64,000 bases of DNA from Lingula anatina. Its lineage: Eukaryota; Animalia; Brachiopoda. The notes under the pieces were generated by a model. That model was not told the origin of the DNA. It did no database searches and saw only the letters and a program-made list of their open reading frames with translations. Position 1 is the stretch's first letter, and each line of letters opens with the position of its first letter. Position numbers and translations under genes: made by a program. This document shows positions 42,238-53,079 of the stretch, one piece after another. Where the stretch lies: assembly GCA_051362555.1 (NCBI GenBank), contig CM120644.1, positions 6,332,954-6,396,953 on the forward strand. The letters are read 5' to 3'.

Positions 42238-43272
42238 TTTGACTATTGCTTGTTACACCTAGCAACAGTATCTAAGGGGGCGGAGCTTATCCGCTCATCT
42301 CGGAACGGTGAATTGAGGTCAGATTTCACCTGTACCGCTCAACTAGTCAAAACAGAGTTTACAGACATCCAGAAGAGGCCAGCAACGAAGCGTGTGCCGC
42401 GTGTAATGTGACTAAGGTCATTAACAGCGTCAGTAATTGGAGTGGATACCACATTAGTTCCAAAACACCATCCACGAAAACCTGAACCAGATCAAATAAA
42501 GGAATAATCTGGGAACCATTTCACTATCATTTGATAGGGGGCACCTTAGGAACAATTTTAGGTTGCAGGGTGAAATTTCCGGTACACACAGAGCACGTTT
42601 AATAGAAGATTATTTACAGAACCAAGGGAATGAGCAGCTACCTTGGTAATCATAATCGCCATATTTGAACCACATAGACAATATGTGGGTAGGCCATTAC
42701 TCGCCTGGAATTCTGTTATGCCTGTTATTCCAGATTGAACTCTAAAAACCTAACCCAAGGAATGCCTTGCCACTTGAGAGCGCTGGTAGCAGACAGAAGA
42801 GGCCAAGCGTAACAGCGACCGTTACTGTGACTAGACACTGGCATGGGGGTTCTTTGTGAGGCGTGTAACTCTTTTACAGAAAACAATTTGGAAAATATGG
42901 AGATCCAAAATATCTCTTTTAATTGTTGTCGTATAACGTAGAAAAGGCAATGTGTTTTTGTTTGCTTCTCTGGCGAATTCCATTAACGAACTGATGTCAC
43001 AATGACATCAAAGAGATAATTAAAAGTTATTAAAACACGATTTTAATCCTTATTTTCATTTATCAGTCAGCAAAATAGGAAAAAACTGATGAAAAATGAT
43101 TTGGAAAAAATATTCCATACTAAATGTCAAGTCTGTATATTGTATTTTTATAGTATATTCAAATAAATCAATTGTGATTTGTCGGTGTTAATAACTCTCA
43201 AGTTTGAGCATAACCACTATTGAATTAACACATCTGTACCAAGTACAGACATTTACGAAAGTGCTTCAAAAA

Positions 43273-43311
<39 letters not shown>

Positions 43312-44790
43312 AAATAATAAAATAAAGTTAACAGTTTTATTTTACATCACTTTTAGCATCATACAATGTCGAGCCTGCAGCAAGGGTGTCGCGTTGGAAA
43401 AGATTCAGAAAGGGGGTGACTCGGATTTCTCGCTGAAGAGAAGACGGTCCAAGTACAGAGAGGTTACAGCTTCAGCACCACCGACACCTACATTGGCACC
43501 AGTATTGACACCACTGCCACGGGAAGGTATTGCAGTTTTAAAATCGTAAAATCTTAGCGCTATGCTCAGCTCGTACCATGAGTGACGTGAAGATTTTTAG
43601 CGCGTGATTTTTTATTAACATGTTAATTTTGTGGAGATGATATGTGCCTCATCGTACAAAAAAATCCTCTTTTTGTCGCCCATACATCAAACAGCATGAG
43701 GTTTGCCAGTAAACTAAAAACAGGCGCCGACTTTACGTCTACTGTATCACACATACTGTATTATCATTTTCCTAATATTTTAACCTATTATAATGATTTT
43801 GTTCTATAGATATTTTTGTAGAATCTCAGGTGGTAACGTTCACAGACATAGTACAGTTTACACTGGAAGAAGAAGAAGACGGGACACATATAGAGGATCT
43901 AGAGGAGGAGATTTGTGGTACTGGGTTTAGTTTTCTCCAATTCTAAAAACGGTCTTTCATGTAATAGGTGTGATAAATTCGGTTATGAATACTAGCGAAT
44001 AGCAAATGTATGTTTTTTTAAATCACCATAAAATATTGAGCATTTAGTTTAAAAAAATTATGCAGTATATCAATGTAAAATTATGAACAAATACGCTATA
44101 ATAAAATATTATATTGTTTTTACAATTCTTAATGAGATCCATTTGGAAGACCTGGCCAATACATGTAACAGCCCCGAGCGCGTCCTCAGATTCTCACGTC
44201 CATCTGCACTCACGTGTGGAGTGGGTCTGTAAATCTGCCGCGCTAAACTGACTTACACATTATCTGCACGAAGACTTTGACTCAGTGTAAATACATTGTA
44301 CATAGACAGGTGTTGCAGATATCATAAATACTGTTTGGATTACAGCATACATGATGCTTTATACACCACCAAGTCAATTATATCTGAATTTTTTACCAGG
44401 CATGTCTTTTATCGAAGACATAAAGAAATTGAGAACTGTAACTAGTTTTTAGATGTATTGAGGCAGCATTTATCGTTGGCCTCAGTGCGACTGGTGTTGC
44501 GTTGATGTTACATTCGCTACATGTATATCGCAAAGAGCGATAGCTGCCGTTCTCTGTGTATAATAGTATTAAAATGCTTGTATATATAAACGTTTTTGTA
44601 GAAAACAACAAATTTAAAATGTTATATACTTCCGTGTTTGTTTGTATAGATAACTTATTTTCTCGCAGACAGCCAGTGGCTCTAGAGGCTGTATAAAGAA
44701 CAAAATGATTTTTTGCTCAATATTTACGAGTGTAAACTATTAGAAAAACGTTTTGAAATATCGTAATATGTATATCGATTGGTCACAGGT

Positions 44791-46038
44791 CAGACTTTAC
44801 GAAAGGCGTCAGACCGTCAGACATGCCTGGCAAATTTCGTCTCGGTCCGATAAAAAATCCTGTATCGTCGGACCTTATGTCCGGCCAGGGCCGTAGCCTG
44901 AGCAAAATGCCAGGGGGGGCAGTAAGCGGACACGAGGGGGCGAAGCTACCGAGGGGGGAGGGTGTGGTGTGTAAAATTCCAAATTCCAGGGGGGGCAGCT
45001 GAGGTTGGGGGATTCCTGGATGATGTAATGTACAGTCTCGTTTTCGTTTTCGTAATACCCCTACATGACAAAATGGCCTCAACACATGTGCTTGTGCTAT
45101 TTGCGTTTTTACAGACTTGATCCTCTGTTTCTTCATTATCAGTCGTACACAGTACTCATGGATAAGCCTTTTGTTTAGAAAATGACGTTGTTGAACTGTA
45201 AACACTTCGTTGGTGCAAGGCGTGGCAAAAATGAAAACGAAGTGAGGAAGAGAAAAGGAAGTTTACTAAAATTGGAAAGAAGGTAGGCCCTGGCGGACTT
45301 ATGATCTGTAGGAGAGGAAAATAGCGTGCGCCGAGTGTCAGGAGTACTAAAGTTATCATTTTGATCAATAGCAACATAAATGTTACAGCTTTATTACGGG
45401 TTCTTAAATTATGGAACATATGTACGTATCTGCATGTACCGTTCACGACCACGAGTTGGAGAAAGTGCACATAAACTTGATGAAAGCTCACAGTGTGAGT
45501 TTCTTTTTTATAAAAAAAGAAATAAAATGAAGAAGGAACTTAGACTCGGGTCGGACAGTACCTGTCAAAGCTTCAATTGGATGAAAGAGACCGCCTTACT
45601 GTGCTGTTTCAAAATGCATATGTTATTGCCAAAAACAACGTGTGAAATGGTTATCTGATTAACAGACGTTTTTATGGACATACATTTGATATTACTAGCT
45701 ATACACATTCTTCATACTTGTATTGTTTTTAGTCCTTGTGTCATTCCACAACGTCTTTTTTGATTAAATAAAAAAACAACTTGTTATGCAAGTAATTTTT
45801 TGTCTATTTTTTTTTCTTTCTTATTTTACTTTTTTTTACAAATAAATATATATCAAAAATTTAACGTTTGATTTAATGTCAATGATTTAAAACGTTAGAA
45901 AATACACATGAAAACATGAATAATGGTTCATATTTCTAATATTTTACTTCGGTCTGACAGATTTTGTTTCGGTCTGACAGAATTTTCAAGCTTGTCAGAC
46001 CAAATGTCTGACAGATTTTTGGCCTTTCGTAAAGTCTG
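44791..46038. mobile_element. Non-autonomous hAT-like element with apparent 6-bp TSD
   Basis: Perfect TIR CAGACTTTACGAAAGGC / GCCTTTCGTAAAGTCTG; ACAGGT on both sides; empty paralogous site GTCACAGGTTGATAA at about 58882; many GTCAGAC/TCTGAC subterminal motifs. Confidence 0.85.
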
Positions 46039-46649
46039 ACAGGTTGATAATAATTTTAAAACTTCTCAGCAGCTGAGACAAAGAGTTAATTTCACGCTCC
46101 TATATATCAATCAAAACACATTTAAAACTGCATTGTGAACCGGTGGTAATTTTTAAAATTTTATTAAGGTCATGCCAACGCGATTTACGACAAGACAAAC
46201 TGATATCATTATTCCACATATAAGTGCTTGCTGGTTAAAAAAGGGACATGTGATACTTCAAAATCGGAATTTCACGTTAAATAAATCTCTGAGCGCCTCT
46301 TTAACCCTTTTAAATTATTTTTCAAAAATAAAGCTTGTATTTAACCCATGGGCCCCTTTTCCTAATTTTAATCTTAACCTCTTTTCGAGTCCAAACCGAG
46401 TCGACAGTCTCTATGTTACCGTCCTTGTCACCAAGTTAACCACTTAATATTAGAAGCTAACAGTAACAGTTGTCTCTAAGTATTGGCTTCCATATCATGC
46501 AGGTAGGCATTTGTGGTATGGGGATTTGTCCATACATGATTTATATCAGAGCGGTGAGCTCTATATATCCCAGTTTATAATTGCAACTAAGAAGAAGGCA
46601 TCAACAATCAGTAGGTAAGCATATACTGCCGTTATATTGTTGTCTCCTA

Positions 46650-46793
46650 GAGAGCATTCACATCGAGAAGAGCCGAGGCCTAGCAATGCCGAGACCTAAA
46701 TATGGCGGACCTACATGAAAGGAAAACCGCGTAATCCTGTAAGTGTCTCTCCGCCTCTCACAGACCTCGGCTCTTCTCGATGTTAATGCCCTC
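46650..46793. mobile_element. MITE with CTA TSD (Harbinger-like)
   Basis: TIRs GAGAGCATTCACATCGAGAAGAGCCGAGG / CCTCGGCTCTTCTCGATGTTAATGCCCTC; CTA at 46647-46649 and 46794-46796; empty site TCTCCTACTGAAC in unit C at about 59483. Confidence 0.85.
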
Positions 46794-47775
46794 CTACTGA
46801 ACCTCACTTCTAGTGTCCGCAGCCAGTTGAGAGGGGGAGACTCGGGTGGAGGGGGTGGGGGGTGGGCCGGGGAATCCCCACTCTGAATCAAAATATGATC
46901 TCTAGAGGCCCTAAGTCATGTCTCAATTTAGGCCAAGTCAACTGGGTAAAAGTCAAGGTTAACGTGTTTTTAAGGCAAAACATGATGTCCCTTTGAAATT
47001 ACTGACTACAGGCCTCACAAAAATAGTCTATACCTGTACCCTAGAAGTACAGGACTCGAGGACATTGAATTTTACTAAGATGACATACATATATCAGTAT
47101 TATACATGTGCATATATACAATAAATGCACAACATTAGCAGAAGAGTAAAACGCCTATCTAAATAAGTTGGAAATATTGCCCTAGCTTGGTGATGGAACT
47201 TAATAATCCTATTTTACGGAGATGTTTTAAAATATGTTTGATGTAGGTTTGTAAGTTGTAGATCGCAACCCATATAAAACTAAAACTATCAATATAAAGA
47301 CATATGCGATGTATCTTTTAAACTTCGCCTTATCTGATATGCATGTATAACTTCCTTCAAAGAGAGATAATCAAGTTGGGTATCTATCAGGTTTTGACTT
47401 TTTCCAGGTAAACAAAATGAATGATTTAAATGTGTTTCAATATGATTACGCGTGCGATTGACGTGAATAAGAAATATATATACCACTATCATTCATCTCT
47501 CTCATAACAGAGGGCAACAATCTATGGAGGTTAATTATTCTAATGGCAAGCACAGATTCCAGAATAATAGCAATAACCGCCGTTTTGATGGTAAAATAGA
47601 AATTATTATAATTCTCTGAGTCTCAGTTGTACACAATGCATTTAGTGTAAAATATATGGATCTTATACGAAGATGTGTTATCTCTTTAACATAGGAGTCT
47701 CCTGGAGCTGCTTCCAAAATGTGACCCTGCTACTGCCAATTTCTTTTCAGGTCAGCAATAATCTTGTAACCCTGA

Positions 47776-49375
47776 ATGATGGGTCTGAAAACCATACGAT
47801 ATTGCGTGATACTGGCAATGTTGGGTGGATGTGTCCTGCTGATGAGACTGAGCTATTTGTTATCACTGGTGAACTCGTGAGTGCCTTTTTAATCAAGTTA
47901 TGTAGTACTCAGCGAGCAGCAATAATACAAATTTGATGGTTATTGCAACAAGAAAATAGCCCCCAACCCTAGACATTTTTTAAAATTACTCCTATCTATT
48001 TACAAAAATAAGAATTGCATTAAAGTGACATAAATAACTATCATCAGTTGTATTTGTGTAACACCATATGTCCTACTAGAGTTCCAGCGTTTCTCTAACA
48101 GCAATGTCGGAACATAATCAAACAGTAATCCCCATACATATTGCCCTCTCATATATTCGTGCCGGCGGAGCTGGAGACGTGACCATTCCTTGTTAAGACA
48201 GGACTATTCATTGCTGACAGACTTGGTTCGTGAATGTCAATTTGGCGCCTAAATCCGACATCGTATTATTTTTAGTTGTTTTACTCAGTGTTTAACAAAT
48301 GAATAATTTCGAGCCAAAATAGATTAATTTAAAAAATCATATAAAAGTTCCTATCATCTGCACTTGCAAAAATGCTTATCTTGTTTCAGGCGCAATGTTC
48401 CACCTCATAGGGCATCGGGACTGGCCGTAAACCCGGTTCTGGGGATTCAGAGGTTTCCTGAAGGTTTTGGGAAAAGGCAAAACGAAGAAAAAGAAAAAGC
48501 TTTGAATCAGCGTACAACAAAGACAACTACCATGGCATTTACTAAGTTAACCAGTAGCACTGACATGACAACCACGACGCCTGCAACCATGGAAACCAGA
48601 AAACAAGCCATGACAACCAGGACTGTATCTTACAACCAGTCGCCTGTTGTTCATGCCGATCTGAAACGAAAACTGACCACGCCAGGAACTAACCAGATTT
48701 ATGACCGCCCGTGCACTGGAAATAAAGTATATAAAGGACCCTGCACCTGTGTCAGATTCCCCGACCATGACTTGCCTGGTTCAGTGTTGTACAGTCTGGC
48801 AGGATCTGGTAATACGTGGACGCGGTTTTTGTTGGAACAGGCATCAGGTGAGACAATCTGAACTGTGCTTTTAATTCAATACATTCAAATAGTAAAGACC
48901 CGTTATTAATTTATTTATTTGTGCTGAATAATGGTCACCAGCATTGTTTTCAAATAAACTGCATCACTGAAATCAAGAATTTACTTTTCGTTATATATCC
49001 CATTTCACCTTGGAGGATATTTCACTGGAAGCATGAACTACGACCCTGATCTTAAAAAAGGAGGTTTTCGAGGTGAATATAGACAAGACAGCAAGGTATT
49101 TGCCATTAAAACCCACTCAGGTGTAAATGAAACGCTTAAGAAATGCCAGAAAGCCAGAGATACGCCCATAGCAAGAGCTGTTGTCCTCATACGGGATACA
49201 TTCAACGCCTCCATGAGCGAGTTGATGAGGAGGATAACGCACGGCTCACACACTGACACGGGAAGTGAACTCTCGATAACAGGCAAGTTTCTAGAACTTT
49301 TCTGCTTTAGGAATGTTATGAACTCACGATAGGTACACTGTATCTGTAATATTAGTAGATTTGGATAATTTCCAT

Positions 49376-49414
<39 letters not shown>

Positions 49415-50527
49415 AAATATTTCATAATAACGCATTCCGGTACTTTATGAAACATGAGTGTTTGAACATAAAACTGGACTGCTTTTGAAATTGGTGTGCA
49501 ATCACTCATGTATTTTTTGCGTTTTATCTTCAACAGCCGTTAAAATGATGATGGTCAATGCGGAGAGCCAATGTGTAGGCCTACAAGTTTTATGTGCTCT
49601 TTTTAATTTTACATGTAGCTGTTAAGCTAAAAAGGGTTCAAGACGTTGGGGAAAAAACGCACATTGGAATGGATTGAAACCAAGACATAATTTATACCAC
49701 GAGAGTGATGTCGGTGCAGAAAGAAAAAATTGTTTAGATGATTCTTTCATGTTATATTTAGTTGTTAGACTATATCTCCGAGGGTTTCGAGATGCTGGGA
49801 GCAAGCGTACATTGGAATGGATTAGTCAATCTAAACTACCAATATTTGTGCTACGGTGAGCGGTAGATATACAATACTAGAACTTTCACCACGAGAATCA
49901 TCATCAAAGCTGAAAAAATTACGTACAATTTTTAATATTACTTTTAATCTTATCTTTAAATAAATTGGAAAATTTATGGATGTTCTGATCATTAACATTG
50001 TTATTCTAAGCATGTTTTGTTTAAGTTTCTGAAAAAAAGAGAGTATAAAAAGATATGCTAAAATAATCTAAAATGGTATGCCACAGAATAAATATGGCAA
50101 CAATAAAGTGTACAACATAAACATATGACTCATACTTTTACGGATTTGCAAATAAGAAATTTATTCTTGAAATGATGTTAATTATCTTCATTTAATAGCT
50201 TAACTCTTATTATCTTATTATTTCAGTTATGACGCACTTACAAACAACCTAGTCGAGGCTTTAAGGTCGGTAATGGCCTTTTTACAAATGCCTGTGATCG
50301 AAGGACGATTAGAATGCATCAAAAGGCACTCTGAGGGAAAGTTTCATCGAGGTAATAGAACGACGCCACGTTCATCCATTGTTAAAATGATTAGAAGCGT
50401 GTCGGAGCCTGCCGATAAACTTGTCGAAGACACTTTGAAGCTAAGATACAAATCTTTTCCTAATCTAACCTGTGGATATCTACACAATAGTCATAGCACG
50501 GTCAAAGGAAGTGCATGTAACTTTTAA
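47776..50527 (+). CDS. WSCD1/WSCD2-family (sialate O-sulfotransferase-like) type II membrane sulfotransferase, copy A, intact, 406 aa
   Basis: Coding exons 47776-47876, 48390-48847, 49016-49282, 49762-49855, 50227-50527 (1221 nt, open); probable 5' UTR exon ending at 46614. Signal anchor YCVILAMLGGCVLLMRLSYLLSLV, Thr-rich stem, then LYSLAGSGNTWTRFLLEQASGYFTGS..GGFRGE..IKTH..LIRD..RYDAL..RLECIKRHSEGKFHR, matching the WSCD catalytic domain. Confidence 0.88.
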
Positions 50528-52054
50528 CATTGATTTCGTTTATGGTATCATTCTGCATTGTATACCACCTTTGACCGTGCTGCAATTGAAATTTTGAACA
50601 GTGACTTTTGTTTTAGGTCAACTAACTGAAATCCAATATACAGCATACCTGTTGGAATATTCATTTGTTGCACGAGTGTATCTATATGTAGATAGCAACT
50701 TTGTTGTTGCCATTCTCTTCACCACCGTAGACAGGGGAAGAGCAGCCGTTTCAGCTAAAGATTTACACATAGTAAAGATCCACACATTTTTTTTTGTTAA
50801 AAAAAAAAAAGAAAAAAACTCTGGTGTGTGGCGTTTTATAATAAAACCCTTAAAGGTGTATAATCATTGTCCATCTTGAAAACTACATGTAAGTCATTTA
50901 TTATTTGAAACAGCCAGTATGGGTCGTACTGCAACTGCTATGCAAACATACCCCAGTAATAGACTCGCGTGACAAGGTTATTTTTTAGTTGCACCCCAGC
51001 TTATGCATGCTCACTCCGCAGGGTGTCGCCTATGGAGGTCGGGCAGCACAGCACAGGGGCGAAGGTTACAGGTACCGGTACTTCCAAACTTTTTTTCCTA
51101 AATGTGATTATTTGCCACTCTATTCACTAATTTGATATTTACGGCGATGGTAAATAAACATTGTGTTTGTGGCAATAAATCTTTGGCTCGTCTCGGACAA
51201 CAAATGACAAGTTAATAGTGACCTCACACTATTGAATCTACGTCACACTTAAGTCATGACGCAATTAACGTAAAGTGTCACAGACAGAACTTTCTAATCA
51301 ACAAAAACCTCATTAAGCATAGCAACTAAACACGACAGTCTCACAGATTGAAACATATTTCTCAGAATTATGTATCAAGCAATCGTTATCTTCATTTGAA
51401 AAAAAAAGGACAAAGCTAATATGTTCATGCAATGCAAATGTAAACAAGTTTTTATATGTCTTTTTAAGCGGAAATTTTAAAATATTTGACCAGATACCAA
51501 AGCTTATTGTATGTTGTTAGCCTTCGGTTTCTACAAAACGGTTCAGGATTTAAGAGAGTTAATTCAGTAATAAATTACTGTCGTTCATAAAAATTAAAAT
51601 ATAGTCGTGTAAAATAACATTTGGAGTAGGTGACCTGCGCTGCGACTAAATATTATTATTCCATATGTAAATATTTGCTGGTTTGAAGTGAAAAGACGTG
51701 TGACGTCCTTGTCTCCAACTCTTTGAAGTTTATTGTTGTCTTTTAATATTGCCTTCCATGTGACGCAGGAAGGCTTACGCAGTGTGCGGTATCTCGTGCA
51801 ATGTAGGTTATGTCGATTAATGATTAATGGAAGAACCGTGAGCTCTATATATCAAGGATTATATCTGTCTCTAAGAAAAAGACATAAAAAATCTGCAGGT
51901 AAGTATATACTGTAGTTATATTATTGTCTCCTACTATACCTTACTGCTAGCGTCAGAGGCCAGGAGGGTGGCCGGGAAATGCCCAATATGAATCAAAATT
52001 TGAACTAAGCTCTCAGTCACATTTTGCAGAAGCTTTACTGTACTGCACTGCACT

Positions 52055-52775
52055 GTTCAACACATACAAGAGAAGACCGACATACTTAACGTCTTCAGTC
52101 AGCAAGTTGGGCTTAGGATTAGCAAAAAATAAAGACTGAAATGATGACATGAAATACACAATCACCACCAGCAGTTGAAGTAGAAGGCTACACCCTTAAT
52201 AACACCAGCTGCCTTACATACTTAGAAAGCATTGTAGCCACAGAGGAATCGGAGCTGTCAACAACAAACTAACCAAAGACAGAAATGCCTTTAATAATTT
52301 ACACAAAACCTGAAAATGATCTCAATATAGCATAAAAACCAAACTCTGTATAATTGACAGCTGTGTACCATCAACTCTTCTGTTATGGTTCAAAATGCTA
52401 AGCTATATCTACCTTAATTTCACACCTCAAGCCTCAGAAAAATCTTTAAAATATTCTGGCCAAGGACTTAATCAATTGCTGATCATTTAAAAGAAACCAA
52501 CCAGAGAAACAGTGAAGTCACCAAGACAAGAAGATGGCAGGATTGGCCATGTGATGAGAAAAGACCCAAATTCCACCACAAAAGTAGCATGTACTGGACA
52601 CCAGAAGGACACAGAAAAAGAGGCAGACCTAAGACCACATAATGAGGACTGTCGAAGCAGAGTTAAAACAACTGGGAGAAAGTTTGGGTAAACCCAACAC
52701 CTGGCTATAAGAGACGGGGAACAGTGGAGGACCTTTGTTGTTACCCCAGACGCCCGATGGCGTAAAAAGATATAG
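52055..52775 (+). mobile_element. 5'-truncated, decayed RTE-clade LINE in the first intron of sulfotransferase copy B
   Basis: Broken peptides QEKTDILNVFSQQVGLRISK, LRKIFKIFWP, IGHVMRK, WTPEGHRKRGRPKTT and WRTFV are typical of the RTE ORF C-terminus; absent from the matching intron in units A and C. Confidence 0.85.
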
Positions 52776-53079
52776 TTGATAGTTTAAATCTGATAAGCAT
52801 GTAAAACTTCGTCCCAGATTTGGGTATTTATGGAGTTTTTTCTTTTTTCCAGGTAAACCAATGATTTAAATGTGTTTTTATATGATTAGACGTGTATATT
52901 TCATGAATAAGAAATATACACACATATCGTTTATCCTTCTTAAGGGATTTTTACAGAGTAGCCATCAACTGTATGAGGGTCACCTGGCCTGATGGGAAGC
53001 ACAGAATCCAAAATAATTGTGACCCTCCAAGTACATGTACCAACTTCTTTTCAGGTCACCACTTATCCTGTAGCCCTGA

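Larger units (their letters stand above)
38089..42311. mobile_element. ISL2EU-type (PIF/Harbinger-related) DNA transposon, defective
   Basis: Perfect TIR TCACCGTTCCGAGATGAG / CTCATCTCGGAACGGTGA. AT duplication inferred from the empty Tc1 copy (TTTATTGAGG). Plus-strand THAP and HTH transposase remnants with minus-strand SWIM and YqaJ-like nuclease remnants match the known ISL2EU gene pair. Confidence 0.88.
37312..43135 (+). mobile_element. Defective Tc1-family transposon, copy 2, split by an ISL2EU insertion
   Basis: Same TIRs and body as 34013-35675; TA on both sides; the paralogous site in unit C (GGATTTGTATATTGTAT, about 57174-57190) is empty with a single TA. Confidence 0.9.
36535..44232 (+). 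pseudogene. Orphan gene copy A (uncharacterised protein), disrupted
   Basis: Exons 36535-36561, 36791-36920, 43357-43526, 43822-43917, 44126-44232. Exon 3 is 170 nt versus 171 nt in copy C (1-nt deletion near 43426, TGA at 43434-43436); last acceptor is AA instead of AG (44124-44125); a 5.8-kb nested TE sits in intron 2. Confidence 0.72.

Noticed and set aside
43471-43488. TTCAGCACCACCGACACC resembling an RE1/NRSE site
   Set aside because: Mismatches in the right half-site, lies in Pro/Ala codons of an exon, and is changed in the paralogue.
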